Positions 17,176 through 26,595 of a DNA stretch of 64,000 nucleotides are shown here, one piece after another. A model generated the notes under the pieces. That model ran no database searches. It saw only the letters and a program-made list of their open reading frames with translations, and was not told the origin of the DNA. The translations under genes and the position numbers were made by a program. This stretch comes from an uncultured Alphaproteobacteria bacterium (GTDB lineage Bacteria > Pseudomonadota > Alphaproteobacteria > Sphingomonadales > Sphingomonadaceae): contig CAVSJL010000002.1 in assembly GCA_963728375.1 (NCBI GenBank), positions 37,322-101,321 on the forward strand, in the 5' to 3' direction. How positions within the stretch are numbered: position 1 is the stretch's first letter; each line of letters starts with the position of its first letter.

Positions 17176-18138
17176 ATGAACACGCCGCAGCAGCCGATCG
17201 GGTCACCATTCGGTTATCGCTCGACCGCCAGGGAAGTGGCTGCCGCGATCGACCTTTCCGGCAAGCAGGTGGTCGTCACGGGCGGCTATTCCGGAATCGG
17301 CACCGAGACCGTCCGCGCGCTCGCAGGCGCGGGTGCGCGGGTAATCGTCGGCGCGCGGCGAACCAGCCGTGCCGAAGAGGTGCTGGGCGAAATGGACGGC
17401 GAGATCGAGGTCCTGCCGCTGGACCTCGCCAATTCCGCATCGATCGACGAATTCGCGGATGAAGTCGCCAGTCGCTGGGACCATATCGACATCCTGATCG
17501 AGAACGCCGCGATCATGGCGAACGCGCTTAGCCGCAACTCGCGCGGTTACGAAAGCCAGTTCGCGACCAATCACCTCGGGCACTTTCAGCTCACCGCGCG
17601 CCTCTGGCCCTTGCTCCACGCCGCCGGATCGGCGCGCGTGGTTGTGCTGTCCTCAATCGGCCACCGCCTCGGCGCACCCGACCTCGATGATCCCAATTTC
17701 GAGCGGCAGGACTACGACAAGTGGATCGCCTATGGTCGCGCCAAGAGCGCCAACGCGCTTTTCGCGCTGGAACTCGACAATCTCGGAGAATCTCACGGGG
17801 TCCGTGCCTTCGCGGTTCACCCGGGCGGAATCATGACCCCGCTCCAGCGTCATCTTTCGAAGGAGGAACAGGTGGCGATGGGTTGGATGGATGCCGACGG
17901 TAACGTCAACGAGCGTTTCAAGAGTACCGAGGAAGGCGCCGCGACCACCGTCTGGGCAGCGACCTCGCCGCTGCTCGAGGGCAAAGGCGGCGTCTATTGC
18001 GAGGATTGTGACGTAGCCGCACCGGCAGGCGGGGACCGGCCGATGGGCGGCGTCCACCCGCACGTGCGCGACGAGGCGCTGGCGAAGGCGTTGTGGGCCA
18101 AGTCGGAGGAAATGACGGGAGTGGAATTTCGCCCTTAG
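17176..18138 (+). CDS. short-chain dehydrogenase/reductase (SDR)
   Basis: ORF 17158..18138. TGGYSGIG cofactor motif; catalytic YGRAKSAN (YxxxK). Start chosen after the GGGAGAG RBS. Confidence 0.88.
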   Translation: MNTPQQPIGSPFGYRSTAREVAAAIDLSGKQVVVTGGYSGIGTETVRALAGAGARVIVGARRTSRAEEVLGEMDGEIEVLPLDLANSASIDEFADEVASRWDHIDILIENAAIMANALSRNSRGYESQFATNHLGHFQLTARLWPLLHAAGSARVVVLSSIGHRLGAPDLDDPNFERQDYDKWIAYGRAKSANALFALELDNLGESHGVRAFAVHPGGIMTPLQRHLSKEEQVAMGWMDADGNVNERFKSTEEGAATTVWAATSPLLEGKGGVYCEDCDVAAPAGGDRPMGGVHPHVRDEALAKALWAKSEEMTGVEFRP

Positions 18139-19391
18139 CCACTCGCGGGCGAGATCTCGGTCGCGAGTTCGCGGATCGGCGGGATGACGAACAGCCACCA
18201 GACGAAGCCGAGCAGCGACACACCGGCCGCGATCGCAAACGCCCATCCGTAACTGTCGAGGGTGTCGACGATCACCCCCGTCAGGATCGGCCCGACGATC
18301 CCCGCGGTATTGCCGAAGGTGTTCTGCACCCCCACCCAGCCACCTGAAGCCCGGGGTCCGCCGAACATTTGCGCGACGGCAAACAGGTTGACGGCGATCA
18401 CTCCGCTGCCGATCCCGGTCAGGACCAGCCAGGCCAGCACCATCTGCGGCGTCTCGGCGAGATATATCCCCGCGATCGCCGAGCCGGCGAGCAACTGTCC
18501 GATTGCCATCGACCAGCGGCGCAACCGACCCTCGTCGACGCCGCGCCCCACCATGATGTCGGAGACGCGTCCCGTTATCAGCGCGGCGATTCCCTGCGCG
18601 ATCAGGCCGGTCGAGGCCATCGCAGTCATTTCCGCCAGCGCATAATGCCGCGTCTCGACGAGATAGAGCGGCAGCCATGCAAGCAGGAAATAAAACGCAT
18701 AGTTCGACATGAAGTGCGCCACGCACATGAGCCACAAGGCGGGAATTCTCATGAGACGCGACATCGGCACGGGGGGCACGATGGCGGTGCGCAGGGTTTC
18801 GCCGCGGAAGGGTCTCGATGCGGCGCTCCACGGCATGAGCCAGAGTAGCGTGAGCGCGCCGAAGACCCAGAATATCGGTCGCCAGCCGTAGACCGCGAGG
18901 ATAGTCCCGCCAGCAAGCGTGCCGACCGCCGGGCCGAACGAAAGCGCCGCGCCGACGACCGCGTTAGCCATCCCGCGATGGTGCGCAGGCACCTCGGCAG
19001 CGAAGATCTTCGAGCTGCCCGGAAAGGCGATCGCCTCTCCCATGCCGAGCAACAGCCGCAAGCCGAGAAGTGTGGCGATTCCGCCGATGAAGCCGGTAAG
19101 GAACGTCGCCAGCGCCCAGATCGCCACTCCCGCCGCGAAAACGCGATAGACGCAGTACCGATCGCACAGCCATCCGACGGCCAGGTTCATCGGCGCATAG
19201 ACCCAGAAGAAGGCGCTGACCGCGATGCCGAATTCGGTGGCGGATAGCCCCAATTCGCTCTTCATCAACGGGGCGGCGATGCCGATGGCCCCGCGATCGA
19301 CATAGTTGAGCAGGACCGAAAGCCCGACCAGCGTCACGAGCCAGAAGACTCGTATGTTCGTGCGTTCCGGCACCGGTGCCACGGTAGCCAT
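18135..19391 (-). CDS. MFS transporter (anion:cation symporter-like)
   Basis: Inner ATG of ORF 18135..19568, 418 aa. Sequence: MATVAPVPERTNIRVFWLVTLVGLSVLLNYVDRGAIGIAAPLM; about 12 TM segments. Confidence 0.85.
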   Translation of the reverse strand: MATVAPVPERTNIRVFWLVTLVGLSVLLNYVDRGAIGIAAPLMKSELGLSATEFGIAVSAFFWVYAPMNLAVGWLCDRYCVYRVFAAGVAIWALATFLTGFIGGIATLLGLRLLLGMGEAIAFPGSSKIFAAEVPAHHRGMANAVVGAALSFGPAVGTLAGGTILAVYGWRPIFWVFGALTLLWLMPWSAASRPFRGETLRTAIVPPVPMSRLMRIPALWLMCVAHFMSNYAFYFLLAWLPLYLVETRHYALAEMTAMASTGLIAQGIAALITGRVSDIMVGRGVDEGRLRRWSMAIGQLLAGSAIAGIYLAETPQMVLAWLVLTGIGSGVIAVNLFAVAQMFGGPRASGGWVGVQNTFGNTAGIVGPILTGVIVDTLDSYGWAFAIAAGVSLLGFVWWLFVIPPIRELATEISPASG

Positions 19392-19483
19392 GCCGCTTCT
19401 CCCCCCAGAGACCCGCCGCGCGAGGTTATCATGTTCGTTGGGCGGCACCAGCCGAATGTCAGGACGTTCGCGCGCTCGGCGGA

Positions 19484-20287
19484 TTACGCAGCCCGCCATC
19501 GGCTTGGGATACGGTTCCGATCGAGATCGATCACGAGGTCGGCGCGCTCGTCTGCCAGCATCGTACATGTCACGCGCTCGTAATGCTGGACGAACCGCGC
19601 GATTTCCGCAGGCGACATGCCGCGGCCAACGAGATCAGCTTCCTGCTCGGCGCGCCAACGCTCGACTACCGCGAAGTCCGGCGCACGCAACAGGACGCGC
19701 AAGTCTAGCCGCGCAAAGAGCTCGGCATAGTCCTGCGCCAGCCGGGCGTTGACCCAGCGGCGCCATGAGCCATCGGCGTCCTTTCCACGTTCCAGTCGGT
19801 TGATCGGCTCGGCAAGAGCCGCCTCGCTCTCGGGCTGCGCTCCGACGCACCAACCCTCGAGCAGGACGACGTCGAACGGTCCTACGAGATCGCGTGTGCC
19901 GGCCCGGTCGTCGCTGGCCTTGTCGAAGCGAGGGACGGTCGCGCTCCGCCCCTTCAGCAACGCGTCAAGCGCGTTGCTCAGCAGGTCAATGTCGTGCGTC
20001 CCCGGCACGCCGCGGGTGGCAAGAAGCGGGTGGACATTGCGAGCGAGTGCCTGCCGTTCGTCGCGCCTGAGGTAGAAGTCATCGAGCGCGAGGACCGCGG
20101 TACCCAAGCCTCGCCCTTCGAGTAGCGCGGCGATGCGCGGCGCCATCGTACTTTTACCCGATCCTTGCGCGCCGGCTAACCCGATCAGTACGACCCGTCC
20201 CAGCGCGGCATGACGGTCCGCAATCGCTTGAGCGACCGCGCGGTCCGCAGCCTGCCAGGCTAGGTTCGCGCCTGTCCGGTCGGGCAT
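19484..20287 (-). CDS. P-loop kinase (D-glycerate 3-kinase / PRK-like family)
   Basis: Inner ATG of ORF 19484..20395. Walker A GLAGAQGSGKST, LALDDFYL, ATRGVPGTHD, VLLEGWCVG. Confidence 0.75.
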   Translation of the reverse strand: MPDRTGANLAWQAADRAVAQAIADRHAALGRVVLIGLAGAQGSGKSTMAPRIAALLEGRGLGTAVLALDDFYLRRDERQALARNVHPLLATRGVPGTHDIDLLSNALDALLKGRSATVPRFDKASDDRAGTRDLVGPFDVVLLEGWCVGAQPESEAALAEPINRLERGKDADGSWRRWVNARLAQDYAELFARLDLRVLLRAPDFAVVERWRAEQEADLVGRGMSPAEIARFVQHYERVTCTMLADERADLVIDLDRNRIPSRWRAA

Positions 20288-20949
20288 AGCGAGAGCAAGG
20301 GGCAGTCCGGGCACTTGGGGTTCTTCGGCGTGCAGATTTCGCGGCCCAGTTCCTTCATCAGCCTGTGGTGCTCGTCGATCGTCTCCGCGCCCCAATCGGC
20401 CGGCAATTGCGACATAAGCCGCGCGTACACCTTGCTGGTATCTTCACCCGGCTCGATCAACATGAGACGAGCGAGGATCCGCAGGTGGTGCGTGTCGAGC
20501 ACCAGCGCGGGCCGATCGAGAGTGGTCGTGTTGACCACTTGCGCTGCGATCTTGGGCCCAGCGCCGGGCAAAGCCTCCAGCCACGCGATCGCTTCTGCCG
20601 TATCCATCCTCTCGAGGCTGGACAGGTCGACCGAACCTACCTTCGCACGGATCGCGCCGAGAACGTTGTGCACCCGCTTGGCCGACTGGTTGGGGAACCG
20701 GACGCCCTTAAGCGCCTTCGCCAGCGCATCGGGGGTCAGGTCAGCTACCGCATCCCACGACCCGAACTCGGCGAGGGCCCTGTCCGCCACCGCGCTCGAC
20801 GCGTCGCTGTTCATTCGCGAGCCGATCAGGCCCTGTACCAGCGACCACTCGGGAGCGCGTCTGTCCTCCGCGGCGCGGGGCATATGGCCAAAGCGCTGGA
20901 CGAGCGCGTCCTGCAAGCGCTTGAGGGTTTGGGTGACGGTCCCGACCAT
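20260..20949 (-). CDS. HhH-GPD / endonuclease III-like protein with a 4Fe-4S cluster loop
   Basis: Inner ATG of ORF 20260..21204. LPGAGPKIAAQVV (HhH plus Lys), VLDTHHLRI, C-x6-C-x2-C-x5-C (CTPKNPKCPDCPLLSLC). The start overlaps the GNAT stop (TAATG). Confidence 0.8.
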   Translation of the reverse strand: MVGTVTQTLKRLQDALVQRFGHMPRAAEDRRAPEWSLVQGLIGSRMNSDASSAVADRALAEFGSWDAVADLTPDALAKALKGVRFPNQSAKRVHNVLGAIRAKVGSVDLSSLERMDTAEAIAWLEALPGAGPKIAAQVVNTTTLDRPALVLDTHHLRILARLMLIEPGEDTSKVYARLMSQLPADWGAETIDEHHRLMKELGREICTPKNPKCPDCPLLSLCPTGQART

Positions 20950-21380
20950 TACAGGGTCTTCGCCAGCCGCACGCTTGTCTTCTCGTAGCCCTGCGCTTCC
21001 CAGAAGCCGTGTGCCCGGATGCGGGATTGCTGGCTCGTGACCTCGATCATGTAGCAACCATCTTCGGCCAACTGCCGTTCGGCGGCTCGAACCATCGCGG
21101 CGCCGATGCCGGTGCTGCGGTGCCCCTCGTCGACTACCATCATCGACATACGTCCCACCGGAGCCGGGCGATGGAGTACGTGCATCATCGAGGTGGTAAG
21201 GCAACCGACCACGGCATTATCGATTATGCCAACGAGGACGCTGCGGCCCGGTCCGGACAGGAGAAGCATTCGTTCGGCGACTTGCGCAGGGGTCGCTTCA
21301 TAGCCCAGCTGTCCGATCAGCTGCGCGAGTGCGTCCGCATCGCCGGTCTTCGCCTCGCGAACGATCAGCTCGCCAGTCAC
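20949..21380 (-). CDS. GNAT-family N-acetyltransferase
   Basis: 143 aa, with the acetyl-CoA motif RSTGIGAAMV and HGFWEAQGYE. Confidence 0.85.
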   Translation of the reverse strand: MTGELIVREAKTGDADALAQLIGQLGYEATPAQVAERMLLLSGPGRSVLVGIIDNAVVGCLTTSMMHVLHRPAPVGRMSMMVVDEGHRSTGIGAAMVRAAERQLAEDGCYMIEVTSQQSRIRAHGFWEAQGYEKTSVRLAKTL

Positions 21381-21387
21381 GTTCAGC

Positions 21388-22977
21388 TCACTCCCACTCG
21401 ATCGTGCCCGGAGGCTTCGACGTGTAGTCGTAGACCACCCGGTTCACGCCCTTCACCTCGTTGACGATCCGGGTCGCCACGCGGGAAAGAAACGCGCTGT
21501 CGAAGGGATAGACGTCCGCCGTCATGCCGTCGGTGCTGGTCACCGCGCGCAAGGCAAGAACGTGGTCGTAGGTCCGGTAATCGCCCATCACGCCTACCGT
21601 TCGCACCGGCAGCAGCACCGCGAAGGCCTGCCAGATCGCGTCGTAGAGCCCGGCGGCGCGGATTTCCTCGAGATAGACCGCGTCCGCCTTTCGCAGGATG
21701 TCGCAGCGTTCCTTGTCTACCGCACCGGGGATGCGGATCGCGAGGCCGGGGCCGGGGAACGGATGCCGGCCGACGAAGATGTCAGGCAAGCCAAGCTCGC
21801 GGCCGAGTTCGCGAACTTCGTCCTTGAACAGTTCGCGCAAGGGCTCGACCAGCGCCATGTTCATCCGCGCGGGCAGGCCGCCGACATTGTGGTGGCTCTT
21901 GATGGTGACGCTGGGGCCGCCGGTAAAGCTGACGCTCTCGATCACGTCGGGATAGAGCGTTCCTTGCGCAAGGAATTCTGCCCCGCCGATCTTCTTGGCC
22001 TCTTCCTCGAACACGTTGATGAATTCGGCGCCGATGAACTTGCGCTTTTTTTCCGGGTCGGTGACCCCGTCGAGACCGGCCATGAACCGATCTTCGGCGT
22101 CCACCACCACCAGCGGGATGTTGTAGTGATCGCGGAACATGGTTTCGACCTGCTCGCGCTCGTTAAGGCGCAGCAGGCCGTGGTCGACGAAAACGCAGGT
22201 GAGTTGTTCGCCGATCGCTTCGTGAATCAGGATCGCGGCGACCGAGCTGTCGACGCCGCCCGACAGGCCGCAGATCACGCGGCCATTCCCTACTTGCTCG
22301 CGGATTTGCGCGATTTTCGTCTCGCGATAGGCGGCCATCGTCCAGTCGCCCGCCAGCCCGCAAACCCGGTGGACGAAATTTGCGATCAGCTTGCCGCCGT
22401 CGGGAGTATGTACAACCTCTGGGTGGAACTGGGTGCCGTAAAATTTGCGCGCCTCGTCCGCGATCACCGCGAACGGTGCACCATCGCTCGTGGCGACGAT
22501 CTCGAAACCGGGGGCGAACTCGGTAACCTTGTCGCCGTGGCTCATCCACACCTGGTGCCGCTCGCCGACCTGCCAGAGGCCGTCGAACAGCGCGCAATCC
22601 TGCGTGACGGTCAGAAACGCGCGGCCGAATTCGCCTTCCCATTCGCCCTGGTTGCCCGCCTCGACCGTGCCGCCGAGCTGGTGGCTCATCACCTGTTGCC
22701 CGTAGCAGATGCCGAGGATCGGCAGTCCCGCCTCGAACAGCATCTGCGGGGCGCGGGGCGAACCCTCTTCGGGCACTCCTGCGGGCGATCCGGAGAGGAT
22801 GATCCCCTTCGGCTTGAGGCGATGAAACGCCTCTTCGGCCAGGGTGAATGGAGCGATTTCCGAGTAGACGCCCGCCTCGCGCACGCGTCGGGCGATGAGC
22901 TGGGTCACCTGGCTGCCGAAATCGACGATGAGGATGGAATCGGGCGTGATGGAATCGGGCAGGGCGGCATTGTCCAT
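21388..22977 (-). CDS. guaA: GMP synthase (glutamine-hydrolysing)
   Basis: 529 aa. GATase [11 protein letters not shown]-loop SGGVDSSV, C-terminal KPPGTIEWE. Confidence 0.96.
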   Translation of the reverse strand: MDNAALPDSITPDSILIVDFGSQVTQLIARRVREAGVYSEIAPFTLAEEAFHRLKPKGIILSGSPAGVPEEGSPRAPQMLFEAGLPILGICYGQQVMSHQLGGTVEAGNQGEWEGEFGRAFLTVTQDCALFDGLWQVGERHQVWMSHGDKVTEFAPGFEIVATSDGAPFAVIADEARKFYGTQFHPEVVHTPDGGKLIANFVHRVCGLAGDWTMAAYRETKIAQIREQVGNGRVICGLSGGVDSSVAAILIHEAIGEQLTCVFVDHGLLRLNEREQVETMFRDHYNIPLVVVDAEDRFMAGLDGVTDPEKKRKFIGAEFINVFEEEAKKIGGAEFLAQGTLYPDVIESVSFTGGPSVTIKSHHNVGGLPARMNMALVEPLRELFKDEVRELGRELGLPDIFVGRHPFPGPGLAIRIPGAVDKERCDILRKADAVYLEEIRAAGLYDAIWQAFAVLLPVRTVGVMGDYRTYDHVLALRAVTSTDGMTADVYPFDSAFLSRVATRIVNEVKGVNRVVYDYTSKPPGTIEWE

Positions 22978-23143
22978 GCCGCGCCGTTAAGCGGCGGACC
23001 GGTTCAGGTCCAGTGCGCCGGCACGATGGCCCCACCAATTCAGATGCACGGGGCCTCGCGAGTGGCGATTGCCCGTTACCGAGAGGCCAGCTAGTCTCGC
23101 TCTGCGTCACGCCCGCCCGGCGCGGCCAGTGCACCGAGGGGCC

Positions 23144-24367
23144 ATGCACCAGCGCGCGAGTCTGTGGTTCGTCTTCGTCGTCCTGCTGATCGACATGATC
23201 GGGTTCGGGATCGTGATGCCGGTTCTGCCTACCCTGATCATGCACCTCGGCAACATGCCGGTCGACAGCGCGGGGGTGTGGAACGGCTGGCTGCTCGCCG
23301 GATACGCGTCGATGCAGTTCGTCTTCGCACCGATTATCGGCAATCTGTCCGACCGGTTCGGCCGCCGTCCGGTCCTGCTCGCCTGCCTCGTCGCCTACGG
23401 CATCGACTACGCGGTACAGGGGTTCGCGCCCGACCTGTGGTGGCTGGCCGCCGGACGGGTTATCGCCGGGATCACCGGAGCGAGCTACTCGGCGGTTTAT
23501 GCCTACATCGCCGATATCACCCCGCCGGAGAAGCGGGCAGCGAGCTTTGGCGTGCTGGGCATTGCGTTCGGGTTCGGGTTCATCATCGGTCCAGCGATAG
23601 GTGGGCTGCTCGGAGAACTGGGCCCGCGGGTTCCCTTCTTCGCCGCTGCCGGCATGGCGTTCGCCAACGCCCTGTTCGGTTTCTTCTTCCTGCGCGAGAG
23701 CCTGGCGCCCGAGAACCGCCGACCTTTCCGGCTGGCCCGGGCCAATGCGTTCTCCGCGTTGAAGGCACTCTCGCACCAGAGTCGCACCGTCCTGTGGTTT
23801 GTGGCCGCGCTCGGCGTGTGGCAGCTTGCGCACATCGTCTACCCCGCGATGTGGGCCTTCGTTGCCACTGCCGCCTTCGGCTGGAGCGAGTGGCAGATCG
23901 GGCTGTCGCTGACGGCCGTGGGGGTCGGCAGCGCGATCGTGCAGGGCCTCGTCCTGCCGCGGCTCGTTCCAAGGATCGGTGAGGTGCGCGCGGCAGGCGT
24001 GGGGATCGCGGCTGTGGCGCTGGTATCGCTCGTCTACGCCTTCGTGCGGTTCGACCCGCTGATCTATGCGGCGCTCGTGTTCAACGGGCTGCAGGGACTC
24101 GTCCAGCCATCGATCGCGGCACTCAACAGCCGCGCGGTCGACGCCTCGAGCCAGGGCGAGTTGCAAGGCGCGACACAGTCGATCGGCAGCCTCGCGCAGA
24201 TTGCAGGGCCCCCCTTCTATGCGGCGGTGTTCGCGCGCTTCTCGGGTCCGGAGTCGATCGCGCCCATACCGGCAATGCCGCTGCTGGTTTCTGCGGTCGT
24301 CGCGGCTGTGGCTTTCCTGCTAATCCTGCGAGGGGCGAGGGGCTTCGAAAGGGCACCGACGCCTTAG
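23144..24367 (+). CDS. MFS efflux transporter (TetA/tetracycline-resistance-like)
   Basis: Inner ATG of ORF 23069..24367. Sequence: MHQRASLWFVFVVLLIDMIGFGIVMPVLP, with motif A GNLSDRFGRRPVLL. Confidence 0.85.
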   Translation: MHQRASLWFVFVVLLIDMIGFGIVMPVLPTLIMHLGNMPVDSAGVWNGWLLAGYASMQFVFAPIIGNLSDRFGRRPVLLACLVAYGIDYAVQGFAPDLWWLAAGRVIAGITGASYSAVYAYIADITPPEKRAASFGVLGIAFGFGFIIGPAIGGLLGELGPRVPFFAAAGMAFANALFGFFFLRESLAPENRRPFRLARANAFSALKALSHQSRTVLWFVAALGVWQLAHIVYPAMWAFVATAAFGWSEWQIGLSLTAVGVGSAIVQGLVLPRLVPRIGEVRAAGVGIAAVALVSLVYAFVRFDPLIYAALVFNGLQGLVQPSIAALNSRAVDASSQGELQGATQSIGSLAQIAGPPFYAAVFARFSGPESIAPIPAMPLLVSAVVAAVAFLLILRGARGFERAPTP

Positions 24368-24383
24368 TTGCGCCAGACGCAAC
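24367..24383 (+). terminator. terminator-like hairpin after the MFS gene
   Basis: GTTGCG-CCAGA-CGCAAC starts on the last base of the stop codon. A TTTTCT run follows 11 nt later. Confidence 0.45.
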
Positions 24384-24430
24384 ACCGGTCGCGGTTTTCT
24401 CATTTGTGAATAGCTTCCTGTAACTTTATT

Positions 24431-24696
24431 TCCGGATCGAACCGGACGAAGCCTGTCCTCTCCCCAAGAAAATCGGCTTCCCGGTGACTGCCTCCGACCA
24501 CGTCCCCCCGGGTCCAGAGGCAGCTTCGCCCCCGCCCCTCCCGGCGGCCGCGAACAGAAAGCGGGGCGGTGGCCTCTCCTCTCCCTCTCGGCTGCCGCCC
24601 CGTCTTTCTACCTCCCACACCAGCCGCTCGAACCCCCGGTCCAGCCAGAGCCGACTCCGGAAAGCTTGCTTGGCGTTTCGTTGCGCTTCACGCAAC
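24431..24696 (+). ncRNA. candidate structured sRNA with CU-rich (anti-SD-like) hairpin loops
   Basis: Hairpins read by eye: 24448-24480 (loop contains CCUCUCCCC); 24488-24523 (loop contains UCCCCCC); 24557-24608 (17 paired positions including two G-U wobbles and one bulged U, 17-nt loop CUCUCCUCUCCCUCUCG); single-stranded CCUCCC at 24611-24616; closing hairpin 24680-24696. No credible ORF on either strand. The strand is inferred from the loop composition. Confidence 0.35.
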
Positions 24697-24791
24697 AGTA
24701 GTGCGATTCTTGGCATTAGTGCAAAGTCGCCCGTAATCTTATTACACAGCCCACGCCGGTCGTCGGCGAATTCCAACTTTGGAGATTCGAA

Positions 24792-24872
24792 GTGCGCATC
24801 CTGTCCCACCTCGTCGCTTTCGTCGCCGCCAGCGCCATCAGCGTCCTAACCTTCGGCGCAACACTCGCCTGA
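24792..24872 (+). CDS. 26-codon hydrophobic small ORF (MRILSHLVAFVAASAISVLTFGATLA)
   Basis: GTG start 7 nt after GGAG. A single predicted TM segment. The GC hairpin GCCGCCCCGCGGGGCCGGC follows the stop. It is too short for the ORF track. Confidence 0.3.
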   Translation: MRILSHLVAFVAASAISVLTFGATLA

Positions 24873-24960
24873 ACCTCGTAATGCCGCCCCGCGGGGCCGG
24901 CGCATCGCCTCGCATGAGCGAAGTCAGCATTGAGCTGCACAGTCGGCCTGCCGGTAAGAA

Positions 24961-26523
24961 CTACACCAGTGCAGCCGCCATCTCACGCAAGTCGCTCTTC
25001 AGCAGTTTGCCGAGATGACTGCGCGGCATTTCTTCGACTGCGTGCAACGCAGATAGGCGCTGGGTCTTACCCAACTTGCCGTTGGTTTCGGTAAGGATTG
25101 CGGGCAGGTGCGCATCGTTGAAATCGCGCGCCAACCGGACGAACCCGACCGGTGTTTCGCCCCAGGCGCGGCTTGGCACGCCGATTACCGCCGCCTCGAC
25201 CACCCGCGGGTCCGCTTCGAGCGCCGCTTCGAGGTCGGCAGGATAGATGTTGAATCCGCCCGAGATGATCATGTCCTTTGCCCGCCCGACTAGCTCGACG
25301 AAACCCTCGGCATCGATCCGCCCGATGTCACCCATCCGCTGCCACGTCTCTCCGGTGGCGGGATCGGCCCAGTACCCCTCGCGGGTCTTCTCTTCCTGGT
25401 TGCGGTAGCCCGACATCATCGTGCCCGACCGGCCGACGAGGTGCCCCGCGGTGCCGGGCGGGACTTCGTTGTCGTCGTCATCGAGCACCTTGAGCTCGCT
25501 ACCCGGCGCGGGCCTGCCCACGGTGTGGAGCTTGTCCGGAAATTCGTGCGCGGGCAGCAGGCAGACAACCCCGCCCTCGGTCATCGAATAAATCTCGACC
25601 AGCGCCCCAGGCATCCGCGCCAACACTTCGCGCTTGAGCTCTGCAGAGAACGGCGCGGAAGTGCAGTACTTGAGCCGCAATGCAGACAAATCGAACCGGT
25701 CGAAGTCGGGATAGTCCATCAGCCTCTGGTATTGCACCGGAACCAGCATAGTCATCGTCGTGCCGTCCGCTTCGGCATGGGCGAGCCACCGACCACAATC
25801 GAACTTGCCGACGATCCGCACCATGCCGCCCGCGAGGAGAGGAGCGAGGAAAGCGACCATCGTCGTATTCGAATAAAGCGGGGTCGAGGCAAGGCTGATC
25901 ACCTCTCCCGCGGCTTCCAGGAAGCTCGAGGCGCTGCGGCCGAACTGGCGCCAGCGCATCAGGTGCGAATGGACGATGCCCTTCGGCATGCCGGTCGTGC
26001 CCGAGGAATAGATGATGTTGAAGGGATCTTTCTCCCTGGGCTCGACCGGCGCCGCGCGAGTATCCGCGGGCGCCATCCAGTCCTCGAGGTCTTCGTCGAG
26101 GACGACCTTGGTCAGCCCGGGGAAGCAATTTTCGCCCAACTCGGACAGCTTCGCACGGTCGATGAATATGTGCCGCGCATCGCTGTCGGTAGCCATCGCG
26201 GCAAGTTGTTCGGCTGTCGCACTCGTGGTCAGCGGAGCGGCGACCCCGCCCGCGCGCACCGCGCCGAGAAACACGAGTGCGTAGGCAATTGTCGAGGTGC
26301 CGAGAATGGCCACCGAGTCGCCGGGCCTGAGCCCCTGCTCCTGCAACCGCGCCGCGATCCGTTCGACCCGGTCGTGAAGCTCGCCCCATGTCACCTCACC
26401 CGCGTCGTCGCGCAAGGCGGGTTCGTCCGGTTGGATGGCCGCCCAGTCGGCAAGCACGTGCGAAAACGAGCCGAATGGTTCGGCAAGGCGGGCGGCGATA
26501 TCCTCTCTCGTCATGCGCGGCAC
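24961..26523 (-). CDS. AMP-dependent acyl-CoA synthetase/ligase
   Basis: 520 aa, with the AMP-binding motif YSSGTTGMPKG, plus GDIGRIDAEGF and KDMIISGGFNIYP. Confidence 0.9.
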   Translation of the reverse strand: MPRMTREDIAARLAEPFGSFSHVLADWAAIQPDEPALRDDAGEVTWGELHDRVERIAARLQEQGLRPGDSVAILGTSTIAYALVFLGAVRAGGVAAPLTTSATAEQLAAMATDSDARHIFIDRAKLSELGENCFPGLTKVVLDEDLEDWMAPADTRAAPVEPREKDPFNIIYSSGTTGMPKGIVHSHLMRWRQFGRSASSFLEAAGEVISLASTPLYSNTTMVAFLAPLLAGGMVRIVGKFDCGRWLAHAEADGTTMTMLVPVQYQRLMDYPDFDRFDLSALRLKYCTSAPFSAELKREVLARMPGALVEIYSMTEGGVVCLLPAHEFPDKLHTVGRPAPGSELKVLDDDDNEVPPGTAGHLVGRSGTMMSGYRNQEEKTREGYWADPATGETWQRMGDIGRIDAEGFVELVGRAKDMIISGGFNIYPADLEAALEADPRVVEAAVIGVPSRAWGETPVGFVRLARDFNDAHLPAILTETNGKLGKTQRLSALHAVEEMPRSHLGKLLKSDLREMAAALV

Positions 26524-26595
26524 GCTAGCCGCCGCAGTCGCGGTGACAAGGGGTTTGCAACCGCCGCGCGTGCGGCCCGCAGAGTGTACTCCTTC

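Noticed and set aside
24431-24446. A tRNA/tmRNA T-arm-like sequence, TCCGGATCGAACCGGA (minus strand CCGGTTCGATCCGG)
   Set aside because: The loop is 6 nt rather than 7. There is no acceptor stem, D-arm or anticodon arm around it, and no alphaproteobacterial tag-peptide reading frame nearby.
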